From positions 1 through 30,087 of the forward strand of contig JBDHYS010000001.1 in NCBI GenBank assembly GCA_039811505.1: a stretch of DNA of 30,087 nucleotides, written 5' to 3'. Source of the DNA: Paludibacteraceae bacterium (GTDB lineage Bacteria > Bacteroidota > Bacteroidia > Bacteroidales > Paludibacteraceae). The notes beneath the pieces were generated by a model that did not search any database, had not been told where the DNA came from, and worked only from the letters and a program-made list of their open reading frames with translations. Below, piece after piece: positions 22,967 through 30,087 of this stretch. Both the position numbers and the translations under genes were made by a program. Positions within the stretch are counted from its first letter, which is position 1; each line of letters begins with the position of its first letter.

Positions 22967-24670
22967 ATGAACAAAAAATTTTTAATCATTTCAAGTGTAT
23001 TAATGGTATTTGTTTTCAGTGCTTGTAACAAAAACATGACTGCATTGGATGCAAGTTACTTTAAAACTACTCCAAACCCATTGGAAACAAAAGCGGGAAA
23101 AGTAGATGCAACTGTTACCGGAACGTTTCCGGTGAAATACTTTGCTAAAAAAGCAGAAGTTACGGTTACGCCGGTATTAAAGTTTGAAGGAAAAGAAGTT
23201 CAAGCAGCAGCCACAACTTTTCAAGGAGAAAAAGTATTGGGAAATAATCAAACCGTGCAATACAAAGCAGGTGGAACTTATTCTATAAAACCATCATTTG
23301 TCTATTCACCGGATATGGCAAAATCTGAATTGTATCTTAATTTTGATGTGAAACAAGGCAAAAAGAGCTATCAAATTCCTGCTGTGAAAGTAGCCGATGG
23401 AATTATTGCTACATCTGAATTGGTTTGTACTTCAAGTGATGAAATTAAAACAGCCGTTTCTCCTGATGGATTTCAACGTGTTACGAAAGAACTTCAAAAT
23501 GCTGACATTCTTTTCTTAATCCAACAAGCTCAACTTCGTAGTTCTGAGTTGAAAAAAGAGGACATCGCCGCATTTAATCAAAAAGTGAAAGAAGCTCGCG
23601 ATGCACAAAATAAAGAAATCACATCTTTAGAAGTGCTTGGTTACGCATCACCCGATGGTTCAATTGAGTTGAACACCGACTTGGCAGAAAAACGCCAAAA
23701 AGTTACAACAGATTATTTGAACAAAGAACTAAAAAAACTAAAAGCCGATGTGGCAATTGACAGCCGTTTTACAGCAGAAGATTGGGACGGTTTCCAAAAA
23801 CTGATGGAAGCATCTAACATTCAAGATAAAGATTTGATTTTGCGTGTTCTTTCAATGTATCAAGATCCGGAACAAAGAGAGCGTGAAATTAAAAATCTTT
23901 CAGCAGCATTTCAAGAAGTTGCAAACGATATTTTGCCACAACTTCGTAGAGCAAGATTAAATCTTGCAGTAGATGTGATTGGAAAATCTGATACAGAAAT
24001 TGTAGAATTAGCAACTTCAAACCCTACTTCACTTACAGCAAACGAATTACTTTATGCAGCTACATTGGTAGAATCATACAAAGAAAAAACTGATATTTTA
24101 AATAAGTTTGTTTCATTGTATCCTCAAGATGCACGCGGTTATAATAATTTAGGAATTGTAAAATATGAAATGGACAACGTGAAAGAAGCAGGTGAATTGT
24201 TCAAAAAATCTCTTTCATTGGATTCTTCAGATGCAAATGCCAATTACAATGCTGGATTAGTATGTTTGGCAAACGGAAAAATTAACGAAGCACAAGCATT
24301 CTTTGGAAAATCTGCCGGTTCAACAGGAAATCTTAGTGCAGCACTTGGAGCAAGTTATCTTGTAAGCGGTGATTATTTGAAAGCAGCAACAACAATGAAA
24401 AATACAAACTCAAACAATGCTGCTTTGACACAAATTCTTAGCAACAACTACAACGATGCTCGTAAAACATTAGCTGCCGTAGAAGCTCCAAATGCAATGA
24501 CTTTTTATCTTTCGGCAGTTATTGCTGCTCGCACAAACGATAGAGATGGAGTTTATTCCAATTTACGAACTGCACTTCAAAAGAACAAAACAGTTGGAAT
24601 GAAAGCATTGAAAGATGCCGAATTTTCTAAATATGTTGCAGATCAAGCTTTCTTGTCAATTTTCAAGTAA
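22967..24670 (+). CDS. Lipoprotein with an OmpA-like peptidoglycan-binding region and C-terminal TPR repeats
   Basis: Start moved from the TTG at 22910 to the ATG at 22967, giving SPII signal MNKKFLIISSVLMVFVFSAC|NK. GYASPDGSIELNTDLAEKR is OmpA-like. RGYNNLGIVKYE and ANYNAGLVCLA are TPR helices. Confidence 0.82.
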   Translation: MNKKFLIISSVLMVFVFSACNKNMTALDASYFKTTPNPLETKAGKVDATVTGTFPVKYFAKKAEVTVTPVLKFEGKEVQAAATTFQGEKVLGNNQTVQYKAGGTYSIKPSFVYSPDMAKSELYLNFDVKQGKKSYQIPAVKVADGIIATSELVCTSSDEIKTAVSPDGFQRVTKELQNADILFLIQQAQLRSSELKKEDIAAFNQKVKEARDAQNKEITSLEVLGYASPDGSIELNTDLAEKRQKVTTDYLNKELKKLKADVAIDSRFTAEDWDGFQKLMEASNIQDKDLILRVLSMYQDPEQREREIKNLSAAFQEVANDILPQLRRARLNLAVDVIGKSDTEIVELATSNPTSLTANELLYAATLVESYKEKTDILNKFVSLYPQDARGYNNLGIVKYEMDNVKEAGELFKKSLSLDSSDANANYNAGLVCLANGKINEAQAFFGKSAGSTGNLSAALGASYLVSGDYLKAATTMKNTNSNNAALTQILSNNYNDARKTLAAVEAPNAMTFYLSAVIAARTNDRDGVYSNLRTALQKNKTVGMKALKDAEFSKYVADQAFLSIFK

Positions 24671-24694
24671 GACGAAAGAATATTAAACATATTC

Positions 24695-24734
24695 AAAAAG
24701 AGATTGTTATAAAAAGACAATCTCTTTTTTTTTT
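24695..24734. terminator. Intrinsic terminator after the TPR gene (probably bidirectional)
   Basis: AAAAAGAGATTGT (24695-24707), loop TATAAAAAG, ACAATCTCTTTTT (24717-24729), followed by further Ts. Confidence 0.88.
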
Positions 24735-24867
24735 ATTAAAGGAATCAATAATATAACTTTTCTCGACACGCAGCGTATTTGAAAAAAAAAGATATAAAAT
24801 AGTTTTGGATTTATTGCCTTGAAATCATTTGCAAAATTAGAATCCTTTTTTATTTTGAATTTTTTGC

Positions 24868-24875
24868 TAATTTTG
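24868..24875 (+). promoter_or_regulatory. Sigma-A -7 element (TAATTTTG) upstream of the aminotransferase
   Basis: TAATTTTGCA at 24868-24877; its inverted copy TGCAAAATTAG lies at 24830-24840. Confidence 0.6.
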
Positions 24876-24949
24876 CACATAAATTAAATATCATACTTTT
24901 TATATGTGTTATTTTTAGATGTATATAAGTGGATATTAAAAAAGAAAAA

Positions 24950-26089
24950 ATGGGCAAAATGATATATCTTTCCTTAGCCAAAATGAGTGGTGAGGAACAA
25001 AAATACATTCAAGAGGCATTTGATACCAATTGGATTGCTCCGTTGGGACCGAATGTGATTGCTTTTGAAAAATCACTAACAAACTTTATTGGTGCGAATA
25101 AATATGTAACTGCGTTGAGTTCCGGAACAGCTGCCATTCATTTGGCGTTGATTCAACTTGGTGTAAGTCGTGGCGATGAAGTGATTTGTCAGTCTTTTAC
25201 GTTCGCTGCATCAGCCAATCCGATTGCTTATTTGGGTGCAACACCTGTTTTTGTGGATAGCGAAAATGAAACATGGAATATGAATCCCCGTTTTTTAGAA
25301 GATGCCATCAAAGATAGAATTGCAAAAACCGGAAAGAAACCGAAAGCTATTATTCCTGTTCATCTTTACGGAATGCCCGCCAAAATTGACGAGATTTTAG
25401 AAATTGCCAATCGATATGAAATTCCTGTGTTGGAAGATGCGGCAGAAGCACTTGGTTCCGAATACAAAGGAAGAAAATGTGGAACGTTTGGCGAATTTGC
25501 GTGTCTTTCATTCAATGGAAATAAAATAATGACCACTTCCGGCGGCGGAGCTTTAGTCTCATCAACAGAAGAAGAGAATAGAAAAGCACTTTTTTTAGCA
25601 ACACAAGCAAGAGATGAAGCTCCTCATTATCAACATTCACAAATTGGTTATAATTACCGTTTGAGTAACGTTTCAGCGGGAATCGGAAGAGGACAAATGG
25701 TTGCGTTAAATGATTTTATAGCTCGCAGAAGAGAAATAAATGCCCTTTACAAAAAAATGCTGTCAGATGCCAAAGGAATTATGTTTTTAGAAAATCCATC
25801 ATCTGATTTTAATTCAAATTATTGGCTTACTTGTGTTTTGATTGATCCAAAAAAAATCGGTTTTACTCGTGAAGATTTACGACTTACTATGGAAAAAGAA
25901 AAAATTGAAACACGCCCGCTTTGGAAACCAATGCACTTGCAGCCTGTTTTTGCTGATGCTCCATTTTATGGCGATGGCACAAGCGAGAAGTTGTTCGATT
26001 TAGGACTTTGTTTGCCTTCAGGTGCCGGACTTACCGATGACGATATAAAGAAAGTAGTTGAAGTAATTAAAAATTTTCAAAATACTTGA
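24950..26089 (+). CDS. DegT/DnrJ/EryC1/StrS-family PLP-dependent sugar aminotransferase (PglE/EpsN-like)
   Basis: NWIAPLGPNV, LSSGTAAIHLAL, VHLYG, EDAAEALGS, PLP-lysine motif SFNGNKIMTTSGGG, GYNYRLSN and LCLPS. The ATG at 24950 is preferred over the GTG at 24929. Confidence 0.92.
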   Translation: MGKMIYLSLAKMSGEEQKYIQEAFDTNWIAPLGPNVIAFEKSLTNFIGANKYVTALSSGTAAIHLALIQLGVSRGDEVICQSFTFAASANPIAYLGATPVFVDSENETWNMNPRFLEDAIKDRIAKTGKKPKAIIPVHLYGMPAKIDEILEIANRYEIPVLEDAAEALGSEYKGRKCGTFGEFACLSFNGNKIMTTSGGGALVSSTEEENRKALFLATQARDEAPHYQHSQIGYNYRLSNVSAGIGRGQMVALNDFIARRREINALYKKMLSDAKGIMFLENPSSDFNSNYWLTCVLIDPKKIGFTREDLRLTMEKEKIETRPLWKPMHLQPVFADAPFYGDGTSEKLFDLGLCLPSGAGLTDDDIKKVVEVIKNFQNT

Positions 26090-26229
26090 TTTATCTAAAT
26101 AAATATTGAAATCACGACGTTTAACGAATATTGATTACTTCCTTTTTTCTGTTAAAAAATAAAAAACAGTTAACAAATCTTCTTTTTTATTTGTTTAAGA
26201 AACAATTCAAATAAAAAAATAAATAAGAA

Positions 26230-26667
26230 ATGGAAGAAAGAATTGATGTTTCGAAAATTGCACCGGAAGGTTATGAAGCGATGATTGCGATGGAAATATA
26301 CCTCGCTAAGAGTGGATTGGATAAAAAATTGTATGAATTAATTAAAACAAGAGCTTCACAAATAAATGGGTGTGCTTTTTGTTTGAATATGCACACACGT
26401 GATGCACTAAAACTTGGAGAAACTGCTCAACGGCTTTTTCTTTTAAATGCTTGGCGGGAAACAGATTTATTCACGGAAAAAGAACGTGCTGTTTTAGCTC
26501 TTACCGAATCGATGACGCTACTTACAAACGATCACGTGGACGATGAAGTGTACAATGCAGCGGCAAAAGTGCTTACTGAAAAAGAATTGGCTGCTGTGAT
26601 TATGGCAGTTGTAGCCATCAATGGTTGGAATAGAATTTCGATTGCTACCCGGAAACCATTGGATTAA
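26230..26667 (+). CDS. Carboxymuconolactone decarboxylase / AhpD-like protein
   Basis: ELIKTRASQINGCAFCLNMH (CxxC intact), AWRETDLFTEKERAVL and INGWNR. Confidence 0.92.
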   Translation: MEERIDVSKIAPEGYEAMIAMEIYLAKSGLDKKLYELIKTRASQINGCAFCLNMHTRDALKLGETAQRLFLLNAWRETDLFTEKERAVLALTESMTLLTNDHVDDEVYNAAAKVLTEKELAAVIMAVVAINGWNRISIATRKPLD

Positions 26668-26693
26668 ATTTTTTATGTGAATTAAAATGAGTT

Positions 26694-26736
26694 AAAAAAA
26701 TGAGGTTCCAACTTGTTTGAAGCCTCATTTCTCTTT
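26694..26736. terminator. Probable bidirectional terminator between the convergent CMD and malQ genes
   Basis: AAATGAGG (26698-26705) ... CCTCATTT (26723-26730) imperfect stem, with an A7 run on the left and TTTCTCTTT on the right. Confidence 0.7.
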
Positions 26737-26776
26737 ATAAGAACGTTGAGAATATGTTATTTGTTAATTTCACTTT

Positions 26777-29461
26777 TTATCTTTTTGATTGCACAATGTA
26801 GTTTCTCAATTCATTGTTAAAATCATCTTCTTCTAATAAATCCTCCAAATTGATGTGTAATCTGTATCTCCAACTTGCTTTTGAATTGGAAGGAACGTTA
26901 ATTCGCTCATCATGAGGATTTTCTCGTCTTACTTTTTCTGAAATTCCCAATAAGTCTTGCATTTGAAAAATTGCCCACATTGCCGGTGAATACAAATGTT
27001 GAAGAACAATATCTCGATTTATCCACCATTCGCAAAAATAAGGTGCTTCGCCCCAATGACCTAATTGAGTGTTGTAAAATCGTTGTGTTACGGATTTGTC
27101 TTCTTCCCACCAACCCCTGATGGTACTCATATCGTGTGTAGAAGGCGTAACAACGGAAAGATAAGGAGCATTGTTAGGATGTGAAAATTCAATTTTATTG
27201 CTCTTTGGAGCTCGTTGCACTTCCAAACTTAAAATTCCCAACTCACTCATCACATCTGTAACGCATTGCGTCATCATTCCAAGGTCTTCGCCGCAAATCA
27301 TCATATTGGTTGTTTTTTTCAATGCCGGAAGTTTTTCCATTCCTGAATGGTACCAATTTTCATCTTGACGGTGGTAATAATAATGGATATAAAGTTCGTC
27401 CAATCCTCGTTTTGTGTGGTCGTCTAATTCTTGATATGTAGGCAAACTGTGCATTCCATAACGTGGAAAAAACTGAGTTTGATTTGAATTAGGAACTTCA
27501 AAAAAGAGAACATTGGAAATCAAATCAAATAAACCCCATTTGATCCGCTCCGAAATTTCACCTTTGTCAAATAATTTCTCCACATACGTTTGACTTTTAA
27601 ATTGGTCTTTCAAACGAAGAATCCAACCGTCTTCTATTTGCAAACAATTTGATTTTACCCATTCCACTTCTTCTTCAAAAAACCGCCATAAAATATCTTC
27701 CGTGATGTACGGTTTGCAAAAACGATTGTAATCAAACCAAATCCCTTTTTCGCTAAACTCATTGATATAGATAGGAATAGACGGATTTAAATGTCCCATT
27801 ATTCCTTCGATTTGATTGGTAGGAATTTGCCAAATACGGAAAAATCCAAGAATATGATCAATTCTGAACGTATCAAAATAATTTGACATTTGTCCAAACC
27901 GTTGTTTCCACCATTTGAAACCTGTTTGTTTCATCTCTTCCCAATTATAAGTTGGTAATTCCCAATTTTGTCCTTTTATGGTAAACATATCAGGCGGAGC
28001 ACCGGCATTCATATCCATGTGGAAAAGATTTGGATTTACCCACGTGTCAATGCTGTTTCTATTTACTCCAATTGGAATGTCGCCTTTTAAAATAACTCCT
28101 TTGGAATGTGCATATTCTGTTGAGCTTTTTAGCTGCTTATGAAGATGGTATTGTATAAAATAAACTGCTCCGATTTGGTCAAAATGAGGTTGATTGCTCG
28201 AAGTAAGTTCTTCGATTTTTCCTGCATCATACAATGCAAATTCTTCCCATTCTCTGTAATTATTGGTTTTGAATTTGTCTCTTAAAAAACAATAAGCAGC
28301 ATAAGGTTTCAGCCAGTATTCATTTTGATCAAAATAGAGTTGAAAGTCTTTATCATTCAAGAAAATTTCTTTTTCTTGCAGGTAAAGTTGTTTGGCATAT
28401 TCAATCTTAAAATTAACTACTTCCAAAAATGGCAGCAAAGGCATTGCATTTAATTCGGCTTGCTTTGGAATGTATTGCTTTTGAATTTCATGCGTGTCGC
28501 TTAATTTTCCCATTGCCGGAATGTTCAAATAGAGCGGATTTAACGCAAAAGCCGAAATGGCAGCATAAGGCAACACATCGTTTTCTGTTTGAGTGCCATT
28601 TGTGTCGTTTAGTGGCAAAACCTGAATCAATTTCAATCCCACTTTTGCAGCCCAATCCACAAGCAGTTTCAAATCTACAAAATCACCTGTACCAAAACTT
28701 TTTCTTGTCCGAATACTTGATATAGGCAACCCAATTCCAGCTCCTTTCCAATTTGTATCGTTCATACGGATAAAACCACCATCAAATTTCACAAGTGATT
28801 TTGACCCAAATAAAGGTAAAAATCGATCAGGACCTTCTTCAAATTCAACAAATTGCTTTGTTGAAAGATCGAAAATGCCAAATTTGAAAAGAATGTCTTT
28901 TTTCACTTTCCTTAAATCCTTTTTCAAAATCCATTTATCATCAGATAAGTGCATAATGGCGGGATTATTTACAGACCAATCTCCCAATTCCTGACAGTTT
29001 CCTACTACGCAAACTACTTGATTTTCTTTTATCAACGGAGCTTTTACGATAAGTTCGTGTGTGAAGTTTTTCTCTTCTCTTGGTTGCTTTTTTTCTTCGT
29101 TGTTTTTTAACAAGACTTTTTGAAAAGGAGAACTCATCAACACGTTTTCTATTTTTCCTGCCGCATTCCATTGATCGAAACAATAAATTTTGTCCACATT
29201 GGTTTGAGAAATTTCAATCGTTCGTTCTCCCCATTCTTCAATGTGAGCTCCGTTTGTTTCATCAAAAACCAAATATTTGTAAACGATAATTTGATCTTTT
29301 GTCGGATTAATTTCAATTTCACCAACCCAGTCTTCGTGTCCTTGAAAATTTAATGGAAATGCACGCCTGAAATTATTATTTCCCAATTCCGGAATATCGC
29401 CTGAAACAACAACATTTTGTCCAAATCGCGTGAAGAAAGGTACCTTAAAATGAATTTTCAT
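26777..29461 (-). CDS. malQ: 4-alpha-glucanotransferase (GH77, DPE2-type with two N-terminal CBM20 domains)
   Basis: Two CBM20-like segments (VVVSGDIPELG, CVVGNCQELGDW); GH77 motifs IQVLPLND, LKGDIPIGV, GAPPDMF, FRIDHILGFFRIW, CGEDLG, THDMSTIRGWW and RINVP...WRYR. Confidence 0.95.
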   Translation of the reverse strand: MKIHFKVPFFTRFGQNVVVSGDIPELGNNNFRRAFPLNFQGHEDWVGEIEINPTKDQIIVYKYLVFDETNGAHIEEWGERTIEISQTNVDKIYCFDQWNAAGKIENVLMSSPFQKVLLKNNEEKKQPREEKNFTHELIVKAPLIKENQVVCVVGNCQELGDWSVNNPAIMHLSDDKWILKKDLRKVKKDILFKFGIFDLSTKQFVEFEEGPDRFLPLFGSKSLVKFDGGFIRMNDTNWKGAGIGLPISSIRTRKSFGTGDFVDLKLLVDWAAKVGLKLIQVLPLNDTNGTQTENDVLPYAAISAFALNPLYLNIPAMGKLSDTHEIQKQYIPKQAELNAMPLLPFLEVVNFKIEYAKQLYLQEKEIFLNDKDFQLYFDQNEYWLKPYAAYCFLRDKFKTNNYREWEEFALYDAGKIEELTSSNQPHFDQIGAVYFIQYHLHKQLKSSTEYAHSKGVILKGDIPIGVNRNSIDTWVNPNLFHMDMNAGAPPDMFTIKGQNWELPTYNWEEMKQTGFKWWKQRFGQMSNYFDTFRIDHILGFFRIWQIPTNQIEGIMGHLNPSIPIYINEFSEKGIWFDYNRFCKPYITEDILWRFFEEEVEWVKSNCLQIEDGWILRLKDQFKSQTYVEKLFDKGEISERIKWGLFDLISNVLFFEVPNSNQTQFFPRYGMHSLPTYQELDDHTKRGLDELYIHYYYHRQDENWYHSGMEKLPALKKTTNMMICGEDLGMMTQCVTDVMSELGILSLEVQRAPKSNKIEFSHPNNAPYLSVVTPSTHDMSTIRGWWEEDKSVTQRFYNTQLGHWGEAPYFCEWWINRDIVLQHLYSPAMWAIFQMQDLLGISEKVRRENPHDERINVPSNSKASWRYRLHINLEDLLEEDDFNNELRNYIVQSKR

Positions 29462-29591
29462 TTATATTAAATGCTTAGTTAACTTTAATTGAATTACAAT
29501 TTTAATGAAATTTTAGTCAAAAGTAATCTATTTAGAGAAGATACGGTCATTTTATTTGTAGAAATATGCAAATTCACTATTCAAACGTTTG

Positions 29592-29599
29592 CAAAATTA
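29592..29599 (-). promoter_or_regulatory. Sigma-A -7 element (TAATTTTG) for malQ
   Basis: The + strand reads GCAAAATTA at 29591-29599, i.e. TAATTTTGC on -, about 130 nt upstream of the malQ start. Confidence 0.5.
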
Positions 29600-29796
29600 C
29601 CATAAAGCTAAAAAAATAGAGCAAGTTTTTTTAGCAATCGTATGTTATTTATAAACTTTATGTCATTTGAAAGAATCAATATTTTTTTTACAAAGAATAC
29701 CGTTATAAATTACGTTGAATAAAAGATTTTTAGATTAAATTTTATGATTGTCCGGTTTTGATTGAAATTCCGTTTCGTAAATCAATCTATTTTTTC

Positions 29797-29804
29797 TAAT
29801 TTTG
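29797..29804 (+). promoter_or_regulatory. Sigma-A -7 element (TAATTTTG) for prs
   Basis: TAATTTTGCA, 38 nt before the ATG at 29843. Confidence 0.6.
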
Positions 29805-29842
29805 CAAAAAACTGATTATTCATTCAATTTTTAGTAGCAATC

Positions 29843-30087
29843 ATGGAGCGAGCAAATTTATTTAAAGTGTTCTCAGGAACTAACACAAGAAGTTTAACCG
29901 AAAAAATTTGTACAAGCCTCCAATGGCCTTTGGGGAGATTAAATATCGAACATTTTTCTGATGGCGAATTTGCTGTTTTTTATGAAGAATCTATCAGGGG
30001 AAAACATGTCTATTTGGTGCAATCCACTTTTCCTAATTCAGATAATTTAATGGAATTGCTTCTGATGATTGATGCCGCAAAACGTGC
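29843..30087 (+). CDS. prs: Ribose-phosphate pyrophosphokinase (3'-truncated; absent from the ORF track)
   Basis: Manual translation MERANLFKVFSGTNTRSLTEKICTSLQWPLGRLNIEHFSDGEFAVFYEESIRGKHVYLVQSTFPNSDNLMELLLMIDAAKR; FSDGE, RG..V..VQS and DNLMELLLMIDAAKR are PRPP synthetase hallmarks. Confidence 0.96.
   Translation, partial: MERANLFKVFSGTNTRSLTEKICTSLQWPLGRLNIEHFSDGEFAVFYEESIRGKHVYLVQSTFPNSDNLMELLLMIDAAKR

Noticed and set aside
26172-26195. AACAAAT-N10-ATTTGTT inverted repeat upstream of the CMD gene as an operator
   Set aside because: It is 7 bp and almost all A/T, so not distinguishable from chance; no regulator is adjacent.
1283-29353. The many 60-136 aa ORFs in the track that overlap long genes on the opposite strand or in another frame
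   Set aside because: They are shadow ORFs of confidently identified genes with no recognisable motifs; the duplicated ones simply reflect the 947-bp repeat.
26777-29461. Plant DPE2-like architecture of malQ as a horizontal-transfer oddity
   Set aside because: CBM20-CBM20-GH77 is the usual form of this enzyme in Bacteroidota.
29462-29842. 381-bp malQ/prs intergenic region as a riboswitch or ncRNA
   Set aside because: It is very AT-rich with no convincing stem-loops or known RNA motifs; it is explained by two divergent promoters.

Overview
AT-rich Bacteroidota (Bacteroidales-like, inferred) chromosomal window with no rRNA, tRNA, CRISPR array or mobile element. Bases 1-17190 are the 3' part of a fructan polysaccharide utilization locus, all on the + strand: susC (5'-truncated), susD, an Ig-domain surface glycan-binding lipoprotein (SGBP), a BT1760-like GH32 lipoprotein, three predicted T9SS cargo genes, an exo-type GH32, an MFS permease, fructokinase and a BT1754-like hybrid two-component sensor. 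Apart from the three cargo genes, this order matches the B. thetaiotaomicron levan PUL BT1763-BT1754 as I recall it. The unusual part is the cargo cassette (6214..9971). It encodes a duplicate GH32 re-routed from lipoprotein to SPI plus a T9SS-type tail, and two stand-alone proteins made only of a signal peptide, a ~155-aa CBM-like module and a T9SS-type tail. A diverged fourth copy of that module forms the C-terminal domain of the SGBP. The two GH32 paralogues share a 947-bp block that looks identical by eye, and the middle module copy is a patchwork of its two neighbours, pointing to gene conversion (or, for the long block, assembly collapse). Bases 17212-30087 are mostly housekeeping: U32 protein, dusB, M13 peptidase, radical SAM/Twitch protein, OmpA-like/TPR lipoprotein, DegT-family aminotransferase, CMD/AhpD protein, DPE2-type malQ and the start of prs (missing from the ORF track). 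All alignments and counts were done by eye; comparisons to B. thetaiotaomicron proteins are from memory and need confirmation by database search.
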